NCBI GenBank assembly: GCA_030266845.1
Contig: JAJDIT010000008.1
Coordinates: 1-45,060, forward strand
From: Acholeplasma sp. OttesenSCG-928-E16
Lineage (GTDB): Bacteria > Bacillota_I > Bacilli_A > Acholeplasmatales > Acholeplasmataceae
DNA length: 45,060 bases
Direction of reading: 5' to 3'
The notes beneath the pieces are model-generated. The model was not told where the DNA came from and made no database searches. It worked only from the letters and a program-made list of their open reading frames with translations. Both the position numbers and the translations under genes were made by a program. Shown here one piece after another: positions 9,194 to 16,970 of the stretch (positions are counted from its first letter, which is position 1; each line of letters opens with the position of its first letter).

Positions 9194-9799
9194 TTATTTT
9201 TGTAGACCTTTAATATATTCAGTTGCTTCTTTTTTTGTTTTAAAGTACTTAGAAACACGAGTTGATGAGTTTTTCTTTACTGCCCATTCTTTGTGGTGAG
9301 CATTAGATTCATCAGCTACTTGATATATTTCATATCCTTCTTCTTTTGGTGCCTTTTCAGCACTTGTTTCTACCGGAGCTTTCACTTCTTCCTTAACTAC
9401 GGTTTTCTCTGCAGCTTTTTTAGGTTGTGCTGGTTTAGCATCTCCATTTATCCCCTTTTGAGCCAATAAGCAATATTCTTTGAAATCATTTGGTTCGTTT
9501 ACAGCGATATCTGCTAACATCTTTCTATTAACAACTACTCCTGCTAAACTTAATCCATGGATTAATGTCGAATATTTCATTCCGTTTAATTTTGCAGCGG
9601 CGTTAATTCTAGATATCCAAAGTTTTCTGAATTCTCTTTTTCTTTGCTTTCTATCTCTATAGGCATACATTAATGAACGCATTACTTGTTCATTTGCAGT
9701 TTTATATAGTGTTCTTTTTGAACCAAAGTATCCTTTGGCTAATTTTAATATTTTTCTTCTACGTTGTCTAGTGATTTTTCCACCTTTAACTCTTGGCAT
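9194..9799 (-). CDS. rplT: 50S ribosomal protein L20 with an ~85-aa C-terminal extension
   Basis: Residues 1-117 ([26 protein letters not shown]...[26 protein letters not shown]...LADIAV) are canonical L20. The ORF continues in frame with a Lys/Ala/Glu/Pro-rich linker ([34 protein letters not shown]) and a ~45-aa tail ([46 protein letters not shown]). Confidence 0.85.
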   Translation of the reverse strand: MPRVKGGKITRQRRRKILKLAKGYFGSKRTLYKTANEQVMRSLMYAYRDRKQRKREFRKLWISRINAAAKLNGMKYSTLIHGLSLAGVVVNRKMLADIAVNEPNDFKEYCLLAQKGINGDAKPAQPKKAAEKTVVKEEVKAPVETSAEKAPKEEGYEIYQVADESNAHHKEWAVKKNSSTRVSKYFKTKKEATEYIKGLQK

Positions 9800-9814
9800 T
9801 TTCTGATATCCTCC

Positions 9815-10015
9815 TTATTTAAGATTAGAAATTAGCGGTTTGATTCTCTTTTCATCAGAATGACTAACTGCTGTTTCTCCTCTTAATTGTCTGTTTTGTT
9901 TAGTAGTTTTTGAAGCCGCAAGGTGGTTTTTATAGGCATGTCCACGGCGAAGCTTTCCTGTTCCAGTAACTTTAATTCTTTTCTTTAAGCCACTGTGTGT
10001 CTTAGTTTTTGGCAT
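9815..10015 (-). CDS. rpmI: 50S ribosomal protein L35
   Basis: A 66-aa ORF, MPKTKTHSGLKKRIKVTGTGKLRRGHAYKNH..., the canonical L35. It is 2 nt downstream of infC. Confidence 0.9.
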   Translation of the reverse strand: MPKTKTHSGLKKRIKVTGTGKLRRGHAYKNHLAASKTTKQNRQLRGETAVSHSDEKRIKPLISNLK

Positions 10016-10016
10016 A

Positions 10017-10562
10017 TTATTCTCCTTCTTTCTTTATGTCTTTTGATGGGGCTAATATGGTAATCATGCTGTTACCTTCCATCTTTGTTTTAGATTCAAT
10101 AGTCGAATATTCAACTAATGACTCCACGAAGTTTTTCATTACAACAGCCCCAACGTCCTTGTGTGTAATCATTCTTCCTTTAAATCTAATTGAAATCTTA
10201 ACTTTATCACCATCTTGTAAAAATCTAATGGCATGTTTTAGTTTAGTATCAAAGTCGTGTTTATCAATTGTTGGACTCAATCTAAGTTCCTTTAATTGAA
10301 ACGTTTTTTGATTTTTTTTCATTTCTCGCATCTTCTTTTGTTGATCGAAGCGATACTTTGAATAATCCATCAATTTAGCCACCATCGGATTCGCATCTGG
10401 TGCTACAACAACTAAGTCTAGATCATATTGAGCTGCTTTAGATAAAGCCTCTTTTTTTGACAAGACTCCCAATTTGTTCCCCTCATTGTCAATTACTAAC
10501 ATTTCTTTGTTAGGTACATCATCATTGACCAACTCGGTGCTTTTTGTTTTTACTGGTCTTAT
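10017..10562 (-). CDS. infC: Translation initiation factor IF-3; proposed non-AUG (AUA) start 8 nt downstream of a GGAGGUG Shine-Dalgarno
   Basis: Typical IF-3 sequence (…EMLVIDNEGNKLGV…DLVVVAPDANPMVAKLMDYSKYRFDQQKK…). The track ORF (10017..10622) begins at a TTG. The minus strand reads GCA AUG AAA AUG GAG GUG AAU UGC AUA AGA: the only good Shine-Dalgarno (GGAGGUG) lies inside the two in-frame AUGs and precedes an in-frame AUA at 10562-10560. Alternative starts are the AUGs at 10583 or 10577, neither of which has a Shine-Dalgarno. Confidence 0.8.
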   Translation of the reverse strand: MRPVKTKSTELVNDDVPNKEMLVIDNEGNKLGVLSKKEALSKAAQYDLDLVVVAPDANPMVAKLMDYSKYRFDQQKKMREMKKNQKTFQLKELRLSPTIDKHDFDTKLKHAIRFLQDGDKVKISIRFKGRMITHKDVGAVVMKNFVESLVEYSTIESKTKMEGNSMITILAPSKDIKKEGE

Positions 10563-10724
10563 GCAATTCACCTCCATTTTCATTGCACTTGTAAAAAGAA
10601 AAATGGATACATAAGTATCCAAATCAAAACGTTTATTTTTATTAAACGTGACTCTTTGCCTAAAGATTAGTCAATCAGGCGAGAGGGATACCTCTTCTTT
10701 TCACTGTTATTTAATTCCTCATAA

Positions 10725-10754
10725 ATTATACTAGTATTTCTAGATTATGTCAAG
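10725..10754 (-). promoter_or_regulatory. Consensus sigma-A type promoter (TTGACA-17-TATAAT) for infC-rpmI-rplT
   Basis: The minus strand reads ccucTTGACAtaatctagaaatactagTATAATttatg. The -35 is at plus 10749-10754 and the -10 at 10725-10730. It begins 10 nt after the stop of the upstream permease gene. It leaves a ~155-nt leader containing two hairpins (see findings). Confidence 0.55.
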
Positions 10755-10758
10755 AGGT

Positions 10759-11442
10759 TTATTTCAACTGGCGGTTTTTGGATAATAGGTAACTTATGTT
10801 TAAGGTCCCTAAGATGAAAACCACCTGATATATTATACCATATGTAAGACCTAGTGAAACATCTTTGTTTACTGGAAGTAAGTAAAAAAAGACTAAATTT
10901 TTAAGGTCAGCGACTAACATTTTATATAATATCATCAAAAAAAGAATCAAGAATGCCAGGTTTTTCTTTTGGTTGTTTGTTGTAATTAAAATCAAGTTAA
11001 GAAAAATTAAGTGGCCAAGATAGCTACTGAGTAATCCAAGTATCACTGAGTAATCGAATGAATAGTAAACACTAAATAGCGCTGGAACTGCATAATAAAT
11101 AAGAAATACAGTCAAGAGAAAACTTGATGTAATAAGAAAGAGAGCGATATATTTCGCAAAAAAACAAGCTGTTCTTCCCTTTAATGCAATCAAAACAAGA
11201 TGAAACTTTTCATCATGATCATAAATTAAGAAGGTAGTAATAAGGATTGTAAAAATCTCGATGAAGTTAAAAAGCTCATGATAGCTTTGTTTTAAGTACT
11301 CTATTTCGATATATTGAATAGACTTTGGAACGAAGATATTACTTTGAAAAATAATAAAAATAGTAATAACTAAAATACTCGATAACAGGATTATCATCTT
11401 TCTTTTCGTTAGGAAACTTTCTATGAATAATTTTGTTAACAT
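10759..11442 (-). CDS. ABC-2 type permease-like integral membrane protein (6 predicted transmembrane segments)
   Basis: A 227-aa very hydrophobic ORF whose start overlaps the stop of the ABC ATPase gene by 7 nt (translational coupling). It has no conserved motif I can name. Confidence 0.55.
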   Translation of the reverse strand: MLTKLFIESFLTKRKMIILLSSILVITIFIIFQSNIFVPKSIQYIEIEYLKQSYHELFNFIEIFTILITTFLIYDHDEKFHLVLIALKGRTACFFAKYIALFLITSSFLLTVFLIYYAVPALFSVYYSFDYSVILGLLSSYLGHLIFLNLILITTNNQKKNLAFLILFLMILYKMLVADLKNLVFFYLLPVNKDVSLGLTYGIIYQVVFILGTLNISYLLSKNRQLK

Positions 11443-11996
11443 ATTAAGTACTCGAAATCAGCTATTTTTCTAAATAGTGTCGGTTTATGAGTTGAAATAA
11501 TGATCGTCTTATTCCTTTTTTCATTTTTAATAATAGTTCTTAGAATATTTTGAGATTTTTTATCTAGACCACTTAATGGTTCATCTAATAATAAAAGCTT
11601 TTCTTTACCCATGATTGCACTTATGATCGCGACTTTTTGTTTGTTTCCCTTCGATAGTTTCTTAATTGTAAAATCAGTTGGAATCTCAAATTTGTGCAGA
11701 TAATCAAATGGAATGTTAGTTTTTTTTAGTTTGGAAATCATAAGAAGATAATCTAGGACTTTTAAATGATTTGGCAGATTAACTTTCTCTGGAAGATATG
11801 CGATTTTTCTTGTATTGACGTTAACCTCTCCACTGTCTGGTTTAATAAAACCTAATATCATCTTAATAAGCGTTGATTTGCCACTGCCGTTTTTTCCATT
11901 AATTAGGACAAGTTCATTTTCATTTACGGTTAGAAAAAAAGTGGTTTTTAGATATTTCTTGCTGGCATCATTTAACCGTATTATGTTAATAGACAT
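11436..11996 (-). CDS. ABC transporter ATP-binding protein (minimal, 186 aa)
   Basis: Walker A INGKNGSGKSTLIKMILG. ABC signature LSKGNKQKVAIISAIMG. Walker B LLLLDEPLSGLD. H-loop ISTHK. Confidence 0.8.
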   Translation of the reverse strand: MSINIIRLNDASKKYLKTTFFLTVNENELVLINGKNGSGKSTLIKMILGFIKPDSGEVNVNTRKIAYLPEKVNLPNHLKVLDYLLMISKLKKTNIPFDYLHKFEIPTDFTIKKLSKGNKQKVAIISAIMGKEKLLLLDEPLSGLDKKSQNILRTIIKNEKRNKTIIISTHKPTLFRKIADFEYLIC

Positions 11997-12774
11997 TTAC
12001 CAGTATCCCATTTTGATATAAAATATCGTAGTCTGCAAAGTATTTAAAGTTATCGATCACTTGTCTCTTGCTAAGATTTCCCTCCTTATATTCAATTATG
12101 ATCGGAACATTGCTTAACATCAAGTCTTGATGATCAATTTTTAAAATCAAACATCCTTCTTCCTCCTTAAAGGTTACCACTAGATCACTCCCAATAATGA
12201 TATTTGTAATTTGATAGGTCCCATTAAAACTGCCTTCTATCTTAATCTCTTCCAACCTTGATATAATAGCCTCATTTGATTTCATTCCCGATAGTGAATT
12301 AATCGAAATCATTTCCTCAAAGCCGACGTTTTCGTAATAGTAAAGACTTAGTTTCCCAATTTCAAAGTTAAATTCAGTGTTGTTTTGCAGCCTTATCTTT
12401 ATGAAACAATGCTCAATAAAAAAATTCGATGACAGCTTAGGCATCTCAAAGGAAAGGATGAATGAATAATAATCCTCACTAATATAGTGTTCTATTCCAT
12501 TTTTACTTATCTTTGATAATTCGATTTGAAGCTTTGATGATTGATCAGGCGATCCAAGATAAATGGATGAATAATTTGATATGTTAGAAAGCGGATTGGA
12601 AGCTGAATTGGCGTAAATTGGAATTTCAATCTTCTTGTTTTCAGAATATACATAACTGTAATGATTGCTAACAGTTAGGTACCTTAATCCTTTGTTTACC
12701 TTATTGACGGTAATTATTATCACGGCAACTATAATTGTTACGAGAATTCCTATAATTGGATATAATTTTTTCAT
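11986..12774 (-). CDS. Membrane-anchored (single N-terminal transmembrane segment) protein of unknown function
   Basis: A 262-aa ORF, MKKLYPIIGILVTIIVAVIIITV then a Ser/Asn/Tyr-rich extracytoplasmic domain. Its start overlaps the upstream gene's stop in an ATGA arrangement (12771-12774). Confidence 0.5.
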   Translation of the reverse strand: MKKLYPIIGILVTIIVAVIIITVNKVNKGLRYLTVSNHYSYVYSENKKIEIPIYANSASNPLSNISNYSSIYLGSPDQSSKLQIELSKISKNGIEHYISEDYYSFILSFEMPKLSSNFFIEHCFIKIRLQNNTEFNFEIGKLSLYYYENVGFEEMISINSLSGMKSNEAIISRLEEIKIEGSFNGTYQITNIIIGSDLVVTFKEEEGCLILKIDHQDLMLSNVPIIIEYKEGNLSKRQVIDNFKYFADYDILYQNGILVNVY

Positions 12775-13400
12775 ATTTTCTTCTTTTCCAATCGATAATA
12801 TTGAGTCGTCACAGTAAATATTTCATAAGCTCCATTTTGCATTTTAATCCAAAATACATAACGGCAAGCTACTCCGTTAGTGATCCTACCTTCTCCGTGG
12901 ATATAAAGATCGACCTGGGTACCAGGATCAACTTTAAGTTTGATCTCGTATTTTTCCTCGACCTCGCGGTTAATTGTTGCCGAGACATCCAGTTTAACAG
13001 AACTTGTTAGCCCATTTTTGAACTCTTTTTTTGTTTGAGTAATGTTTAGACCGATCGATCCAGAAGCTGAAATTGAAACCTTGGCTGATGTTGATGCTTT
13101 ATGGGTATAGGTGTAATCAATTGGGGTATAGCCATCGTTATAATAAGAAAAAAGTGTTTCAGTATCATAGGTTACTCGGACATTCTTATTAACTTCAAAA
13201 ATTCGCCAACCCGAAAAACGACGCTTGTTTACCTTAGTTAGATGATCATTCATCTCATCTTTCGTCCATTCGGAAATAATCTTTCCTGAGGACATTACTA
13301 ATTTCTCATACGAGAGATAATCGGCGTTTGCACTTATTGTTGATGCTGGAACCAATAAAAACATAAATACTAAAAAAAATACGATTGTGAGTTTTTTCAT
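12771..13400 (-). CDS. Secreted protein of unknown function (cleavable signal peptide)
   Basis: A 209-aa ORF, MKKLTIVFFLVFMFLLVPASTISANA followed by a hydrophilic, beta-rich-looking sequence. An AGGAGG Shine-Dalgarno lies 7 nt upstream. It is the first gene of the four-gene coupled module. Confidence 0.5.
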   Translation of the reverse strand: MKKLTIVFFLVFMFLLVPASTISANADYLSYEKLVMSSGKIISEWTKDEMNDHLTKVNKRRFSGWRIFEVNKNVRVTYDTETLFSYYNDGYTPIDYTYTHKASTSAKVSISASGSIGLNITQTKKEFKNGLTSSVKLDVSATINREVEEKYEIKLKVDPGTQVDLYIHGEGRITNGVACRYVFWIKMQNGAYEIFTVTTQYYRLEKKKI

Positions 13401-13463
13401 ATTTTGACCTCCTACTTTATTGTAGAAGGTTCTAGTTATTTTTCTTTTTTAAATAAAAAATAA

Positions 13464-13480
13464 CCCCTCAAAACGAGGGG
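13464..13480 (-). terminator. Strong rho-independent terminator after the flotillin gene
   Basis: Plus cccctcaaaacgagggg (6-bp G/C stem). On the minus strand it is followed by UUAUUUUUUAUUU. It lies between the flotillin stop (13498) and the start of the next operon. Confidence 0.7.
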
Positions 13481-13497
13481 TTATTCATTAATACAAA

Positions 13498-14946
13498 TTA
13501 TTTTTTTGGAGCTTCTTTTTTAACAACTTCTTTTTTTTCGATTACTTCAGCATCAACAGTCTTTTTATCTTTTTCCTTAGCAAGATAATCAGGAAGCTTC
13601 AAACCTGCCATATCAAATAACTCTTGAAGAGGTGGGATTGATTTCATTAATGATGACATGAAGTTTGAGGTTGATGAAGCGCCATCTTTTTGATTTCCAC
13701 CATCCCAAACGGTGATCTTATCGAATTTAATATTTTGAATTGCCTTGACTTGAATTTCAATTAATGTTTCTAGTTTATCAGCAATCAACATTTGAACTGC
13801 AGCAGTTGGATTATTTCCAGCAGCCTTAACCATTGATAGGAAACCTTCAGCTTGTTTTGAAAGAATTTCAAAAGTTCCTCTGGCTTCTGCCTCCATTTTA
13901 GCGTAGATAGCATCCGCTTCCCCTTTTGCTTTTCTTCTTGTTTCTTCCGCTACTGCCTCAGCATCAATAATTTGTCTTTGTTTTTCAATTTCGGCTTGGA
14001 TAATGATATCTGCCTCTAGTGTTGCGTTTTCTCTTTTAGCACGTGCAATTTCGGCTTGTTCTTCAGCAAGGTATGCTTCTTCGCGAGCCTTAGCTTCTGC
14101 AATTTTTTCAGCAGCAGTTGCTCTTCTTAATGATTCCGCTTCTATCTCTCTTCTTGTTGCGTCTGACTTTGAAATATCCGCTTTTGAATTGTTTTCACCT
14201 TGAATAGCATCTGCATCAGCACTTGCTACTTGAATTCTTTGATCTCTTAGGGCGTTTGCTTCACCAATTGAACCATCTCTGTTTTTTTCAGCAACAGTTT
14301 TCTTTGCATCATTAATTGCCTTTGCAGCAGCCTCTTTACCAAGAGCTTCGATATAACCTGATTCATCACTAATATCGGTTACGTTAACGTTAATTAATCT
14401 TAGTCCAATCTTCTTTAACTCAGTTTCAACGTTACCTGAAACTGCTTCTAAAAACTTGTCTCTATCAGTATTAATTTCTTCAATATCCATAGTTGCAATG
14501 ATCAAACGTAATTGACCAAAAATAATATCTTTGGCTAAATCTTGAATCTCTTGTAGTTTTAATCCCAATAATCTTTCAGCAGCATTTTGCATGACGCCTG
14601 ATTCTGTTGAAATACCAACAGTGAATGTTGATGGAACATCAATTCTAATATTTTGTCTAGATAATGCACTTCTTAAATCAACAAAAATAGAAATTGGTGT
14701 TAAATCAAGGAACTGATAAGCTTGGACTAAAGGCCAAACTAATTTAACTCCACCATGAATACATAACGAAGCATTCCCAGAACCATCTTTGTTATTCTTA
14801 ACTTTACCATAAACTACTAATATTTTATCTGAAGGACATTTCTTTACTCTTGTAATAAAGAATATTGCAACAAATAAAACTACTAATACAACTCCAATTA
14901 TTATTCCAGCAACTGCGCCTGGATTAATTCCATCTAAAATAATCAT
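13498..14946 (-). CDS. Flotillin-like SPFH/band-7 protein (FloT/YuaG-like)
   Basis: A 482-aa ORF. It has an N-terminal transmembrane helix, an SPFH domain, then a long Ala/Glu/Arg-rich coiled-coil (AEAKAREEAYLAEEQAEIARAKRENATLEAD…) characteristic of bacterial flotillins. Confidence 0.85.
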   Translation of the reverse strand: MIILDGINPGAVAGIIIGVVLVVLFVAIFFITRVKKCPSDKILVVYGKVKNNKDGSGNASLCIHGGVKLVWPLVQAYQFLDLTPISIFVDLRSALSRQNIRIDVPSTFTVGISTESGVMQNAAERLLGLKLQEIQDLAKDIIFGQLRLIIATMDIEEINTDRDKFLEAVSGNVETELKKIGLRLINVNVTDISDESGYIEALGKEAAAKAINDAKKTVAEKNRDGSIGEANALRDQRIQVASADADAIQGENNSKADISKSDATRREIEAESLRRATAAEKIAEAKAREEAYLAEEQAEIARAKRENATLEADIIIQAEIEKQRQIIDAEAVAEETRRKAKGEADAIYAKMEAEARGTFEILSKQAEGFLSMVKAAGNNPTAAVQMLIADKLETLIEIQVKAIQNIKFDKITVWDGGNQKDGASSTSNFMSSLMKSIPPLQELFDMAGLKLPDYLAKEKDKKTVDAEVIEKKEVVKKEAPKK

Positions 14947-14956
14947 AATCTTCTCC

Positions 14957-15583
14957 TTATTGTTTATTTTCTAATTTATGAGTTGAAACAACTACTGTCG
15001 ATTCATCAGCAATCCCGATAATGTAAACTTGAGTTCCAACAGGAATGTCATCATCATCACTTGTTACTGCTGTTATTTCTAGAAATCTGTCTTGAATAGT
15101 AGCATTTATTTTTCCTCTACCAGTTAGATTTTTAGGGACCTTCAAATAAACAACCCCTTCTTTTCCAACTCCATTTTGGTAATTTATGTTACCGCTACTT
15201 TCAATCTTATACATTGCCTTAAATATTAGAGCTACTATAACTGCCGAGGCGGCTCCAATTGCTCCACCAATAACTCCTGCCCATACTTTCGGCAATTCAT
15301 CGACTCCTCCAAAAAGGAAAGCGGTCCATCCACCGATACAGAAGAATACAAGGGCTGAGCGAAAAGTGAAAACCTTTAATCCACCTGCCGTTGTTAATGA
15401 GTGATCGTTAAAGGCATCAGTAGAAAAATCAGAGTCGATATCCATATCAGCTCCACCATCAAAATCAACGTCATTGGCAGCGCCAACTAACATTAGTATT
15501 ATAAAAATCAGTAATAATACCGTTGCAGTTATTGCCATAATAAATGTTACTTGTTCAAAAACGCTTAAACCATTCCACCACAT
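14957..15583 (-). CDS. NfeD-like membrane protein (flotillin partner, YuaF/YqeZ-like)
   Basis: A 208-aa ORF with two to three transmembrane segments and a C-terminal OB-fold-like soluble domain. It lies 10 nt upstream of and co-directional with the flotillin gene, the conserved nfeD-flotillin arrangement. A GGAGG Shine-Dalgarno precedes it. Confidence 0.75.
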   Translation of the reverse strand: MWWNGLSVFEQVTFIMAITATVLLLIFIILMLVGAANDVDFDGGADMDIDSDFSTDAFNDHSLTTAGGLKVFTFRSALVFFCIGGWTAFLFGGVDELPKVWAGVIGGAIGAASAVIVALIFKAMYKIESSGNINYQNGVGKEGVVYLKVPKNLTGRGKINATIQDRFLEITAVTSDDDDIPVGTQVYIIGIADESTVVVSTHKLENKQ

Positions 15584-15707
15584 TTTGCACTCCTCCTTTA
15601 CAATTATATTGTATCATAATAAAATCTCATTTATATGAATATTTTCAATAATTTCCAATTATGAAAAAACAACCATTTTTTGTGATTGTTTTTTTGTTTT
15701 ACTTGAT

Positions 15708-16958
15708 TCATTTTTTCATAAAAGCTTCGATTTCATCAACTTCTTTAATAATATCTTTTGATAGGTTAATGCATCCGTTATCAGTAATTAAGATATCATC
15801 TTCAATTCTAATTCCAATTCCTTCTTCCTCGATATATAATCCTGGTTCGACAGTTATTATAATACCACTTTCAAATCTATTACTGTAGTAACCTACATCG
15901 TGAACATCTAGTCCAAGAAAATGTCCAAGTCCATGATAATAGTATTTGTTGATTTCATCATCTTCTTTTATTAAACCAATTTTCTTACATCCTTCAATCA
16001 AGAGATTTCTACCATAATCTAGGAATTCTTGAAACGAGACGCCAGGGTGTAACCATTCAATCGTTTTTTTATTACAATTTAAGACGATTTCATAGATTTC
16101 TTTCTGCCTTTTCGTGAATTTCCCATTTACAGGAAAGGTTCTAGAAATATCCGAACAATATTGTTGATATCTAACACCTAGATCAAACAAGATTAGTTCA
16201 TTATCATTTATCATAGTATCGTTTGATACATAATGTAAAACTGTTGCGTTTTTACCTGCAGCAGCGATTGTGTCAAATGAAGGTTTTACGTTATTGTTGT
16301 CTAAAACATAATTGAATTCTGCTTCTAAGTTATATTCATTAATGCCTGGCTTCGCTTTTTTCATTAGGGCATTAATTCCTTCTTTTGTAATTGCGATTGC
16401 CTTTTTAGTTAATTCTATTTCATGATCATCTTTTATCATCCTTAAAAGGGCAATTGAATCGAAGCAATCTTTAATATCAATATTATAATAATGGCTCAAT
16501 ACCCTTTCAGCAAAATGGTGAGAAATCTGTTTTTCATCTTCAAATGAATCTCGCTCTAAGTCAAGAAATAAAGTATCAATAACTCCTATTTGATTTCTCC
16601 TTGAAGGGATAAAATAAGTAGAAAGGATATTTTCAAATTCTTTATAAGGCTTTAAATACTTAATGTCTACTCCTGATATTTTAGAAGCTTCGCTATAAGT
16701 TAATCCGCTACCATTCCACTTTGCTTCTAATTCACTAGTTTCATCTAAAAATAAATAAGTTATTTTTGAATGTTTACCCTTAATTAGTAAAAGGGCAACC
16801 TCAGATTGATTGATTCCAGTTAAGTAATAAAAATTATTATTGACATAAAAAGGATAACTAGCATCCGCAGACATTTTTCTTTCATTCCCAGAAAAAAGTA
16901 ACATTGCACTATTATCATTCATTGTTTTAAAAATATTGTTTCTTCTTTTATTATACAT
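15708..16958 (-). CDS. pepP: Xaa-Pro aminopeptidase (M24B family)
   Basis: A 416-aa ORF. The C-terminal pita-bread motifs HGLGHFLGLDVHD and EPGLYIEE are typical of M24B prolidases/aminopeptidase P. Confidence 0.85.
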   Translation of the reverse strand: MYNKRRNNIFKTMNDNSAMLLFSGNERKMSADASYPFYVNNNFYYLTGINQSEVALLLIKGKHSKITYLFLDETSELEAKWNGSGLTYSEASKISGVDIKYLKPYKEFENILSTYFIPSRRNQIGVIDTLFLDLERDSFEDEKQISHHFAERVLSHYYNIDIKDCFDSIALLRMIKDDHEIELTKKAIAITKEGINALMKKAKPGINEYNLEAEFNYVLDNNNVKPSFDTIAAAGKNATVLHYVSNDTMINDNELILFDLGVRYQQYCSDISRTFPVNGKFTKRQKEIYEIVLNCNKKTIEWLHPGVSFQEFLDYGRNLLIEGCKKIGLIKEDDEINKYYYHGLGHFLGLDVHDVGYYSNRFESGIIITVEPGLYIEEEGIGIRIEDDILITDNGCINLSKDIIKEVDEIEAFMKK

Positions 16959-16970
16959 ATTTAGTCTCCC

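Noticed and set aside
10563-10622. First 20 codons of track ORF 10017..10622 (infC) starting at TTG
   Set aside because: No Shine-Dalgarno precedes the TTG or the two in-frame AUGs. The only Shine-Dalgarno is internal, just upstream of an in-frame AUA. I kept the AUGs as alternatives but re-set the start.
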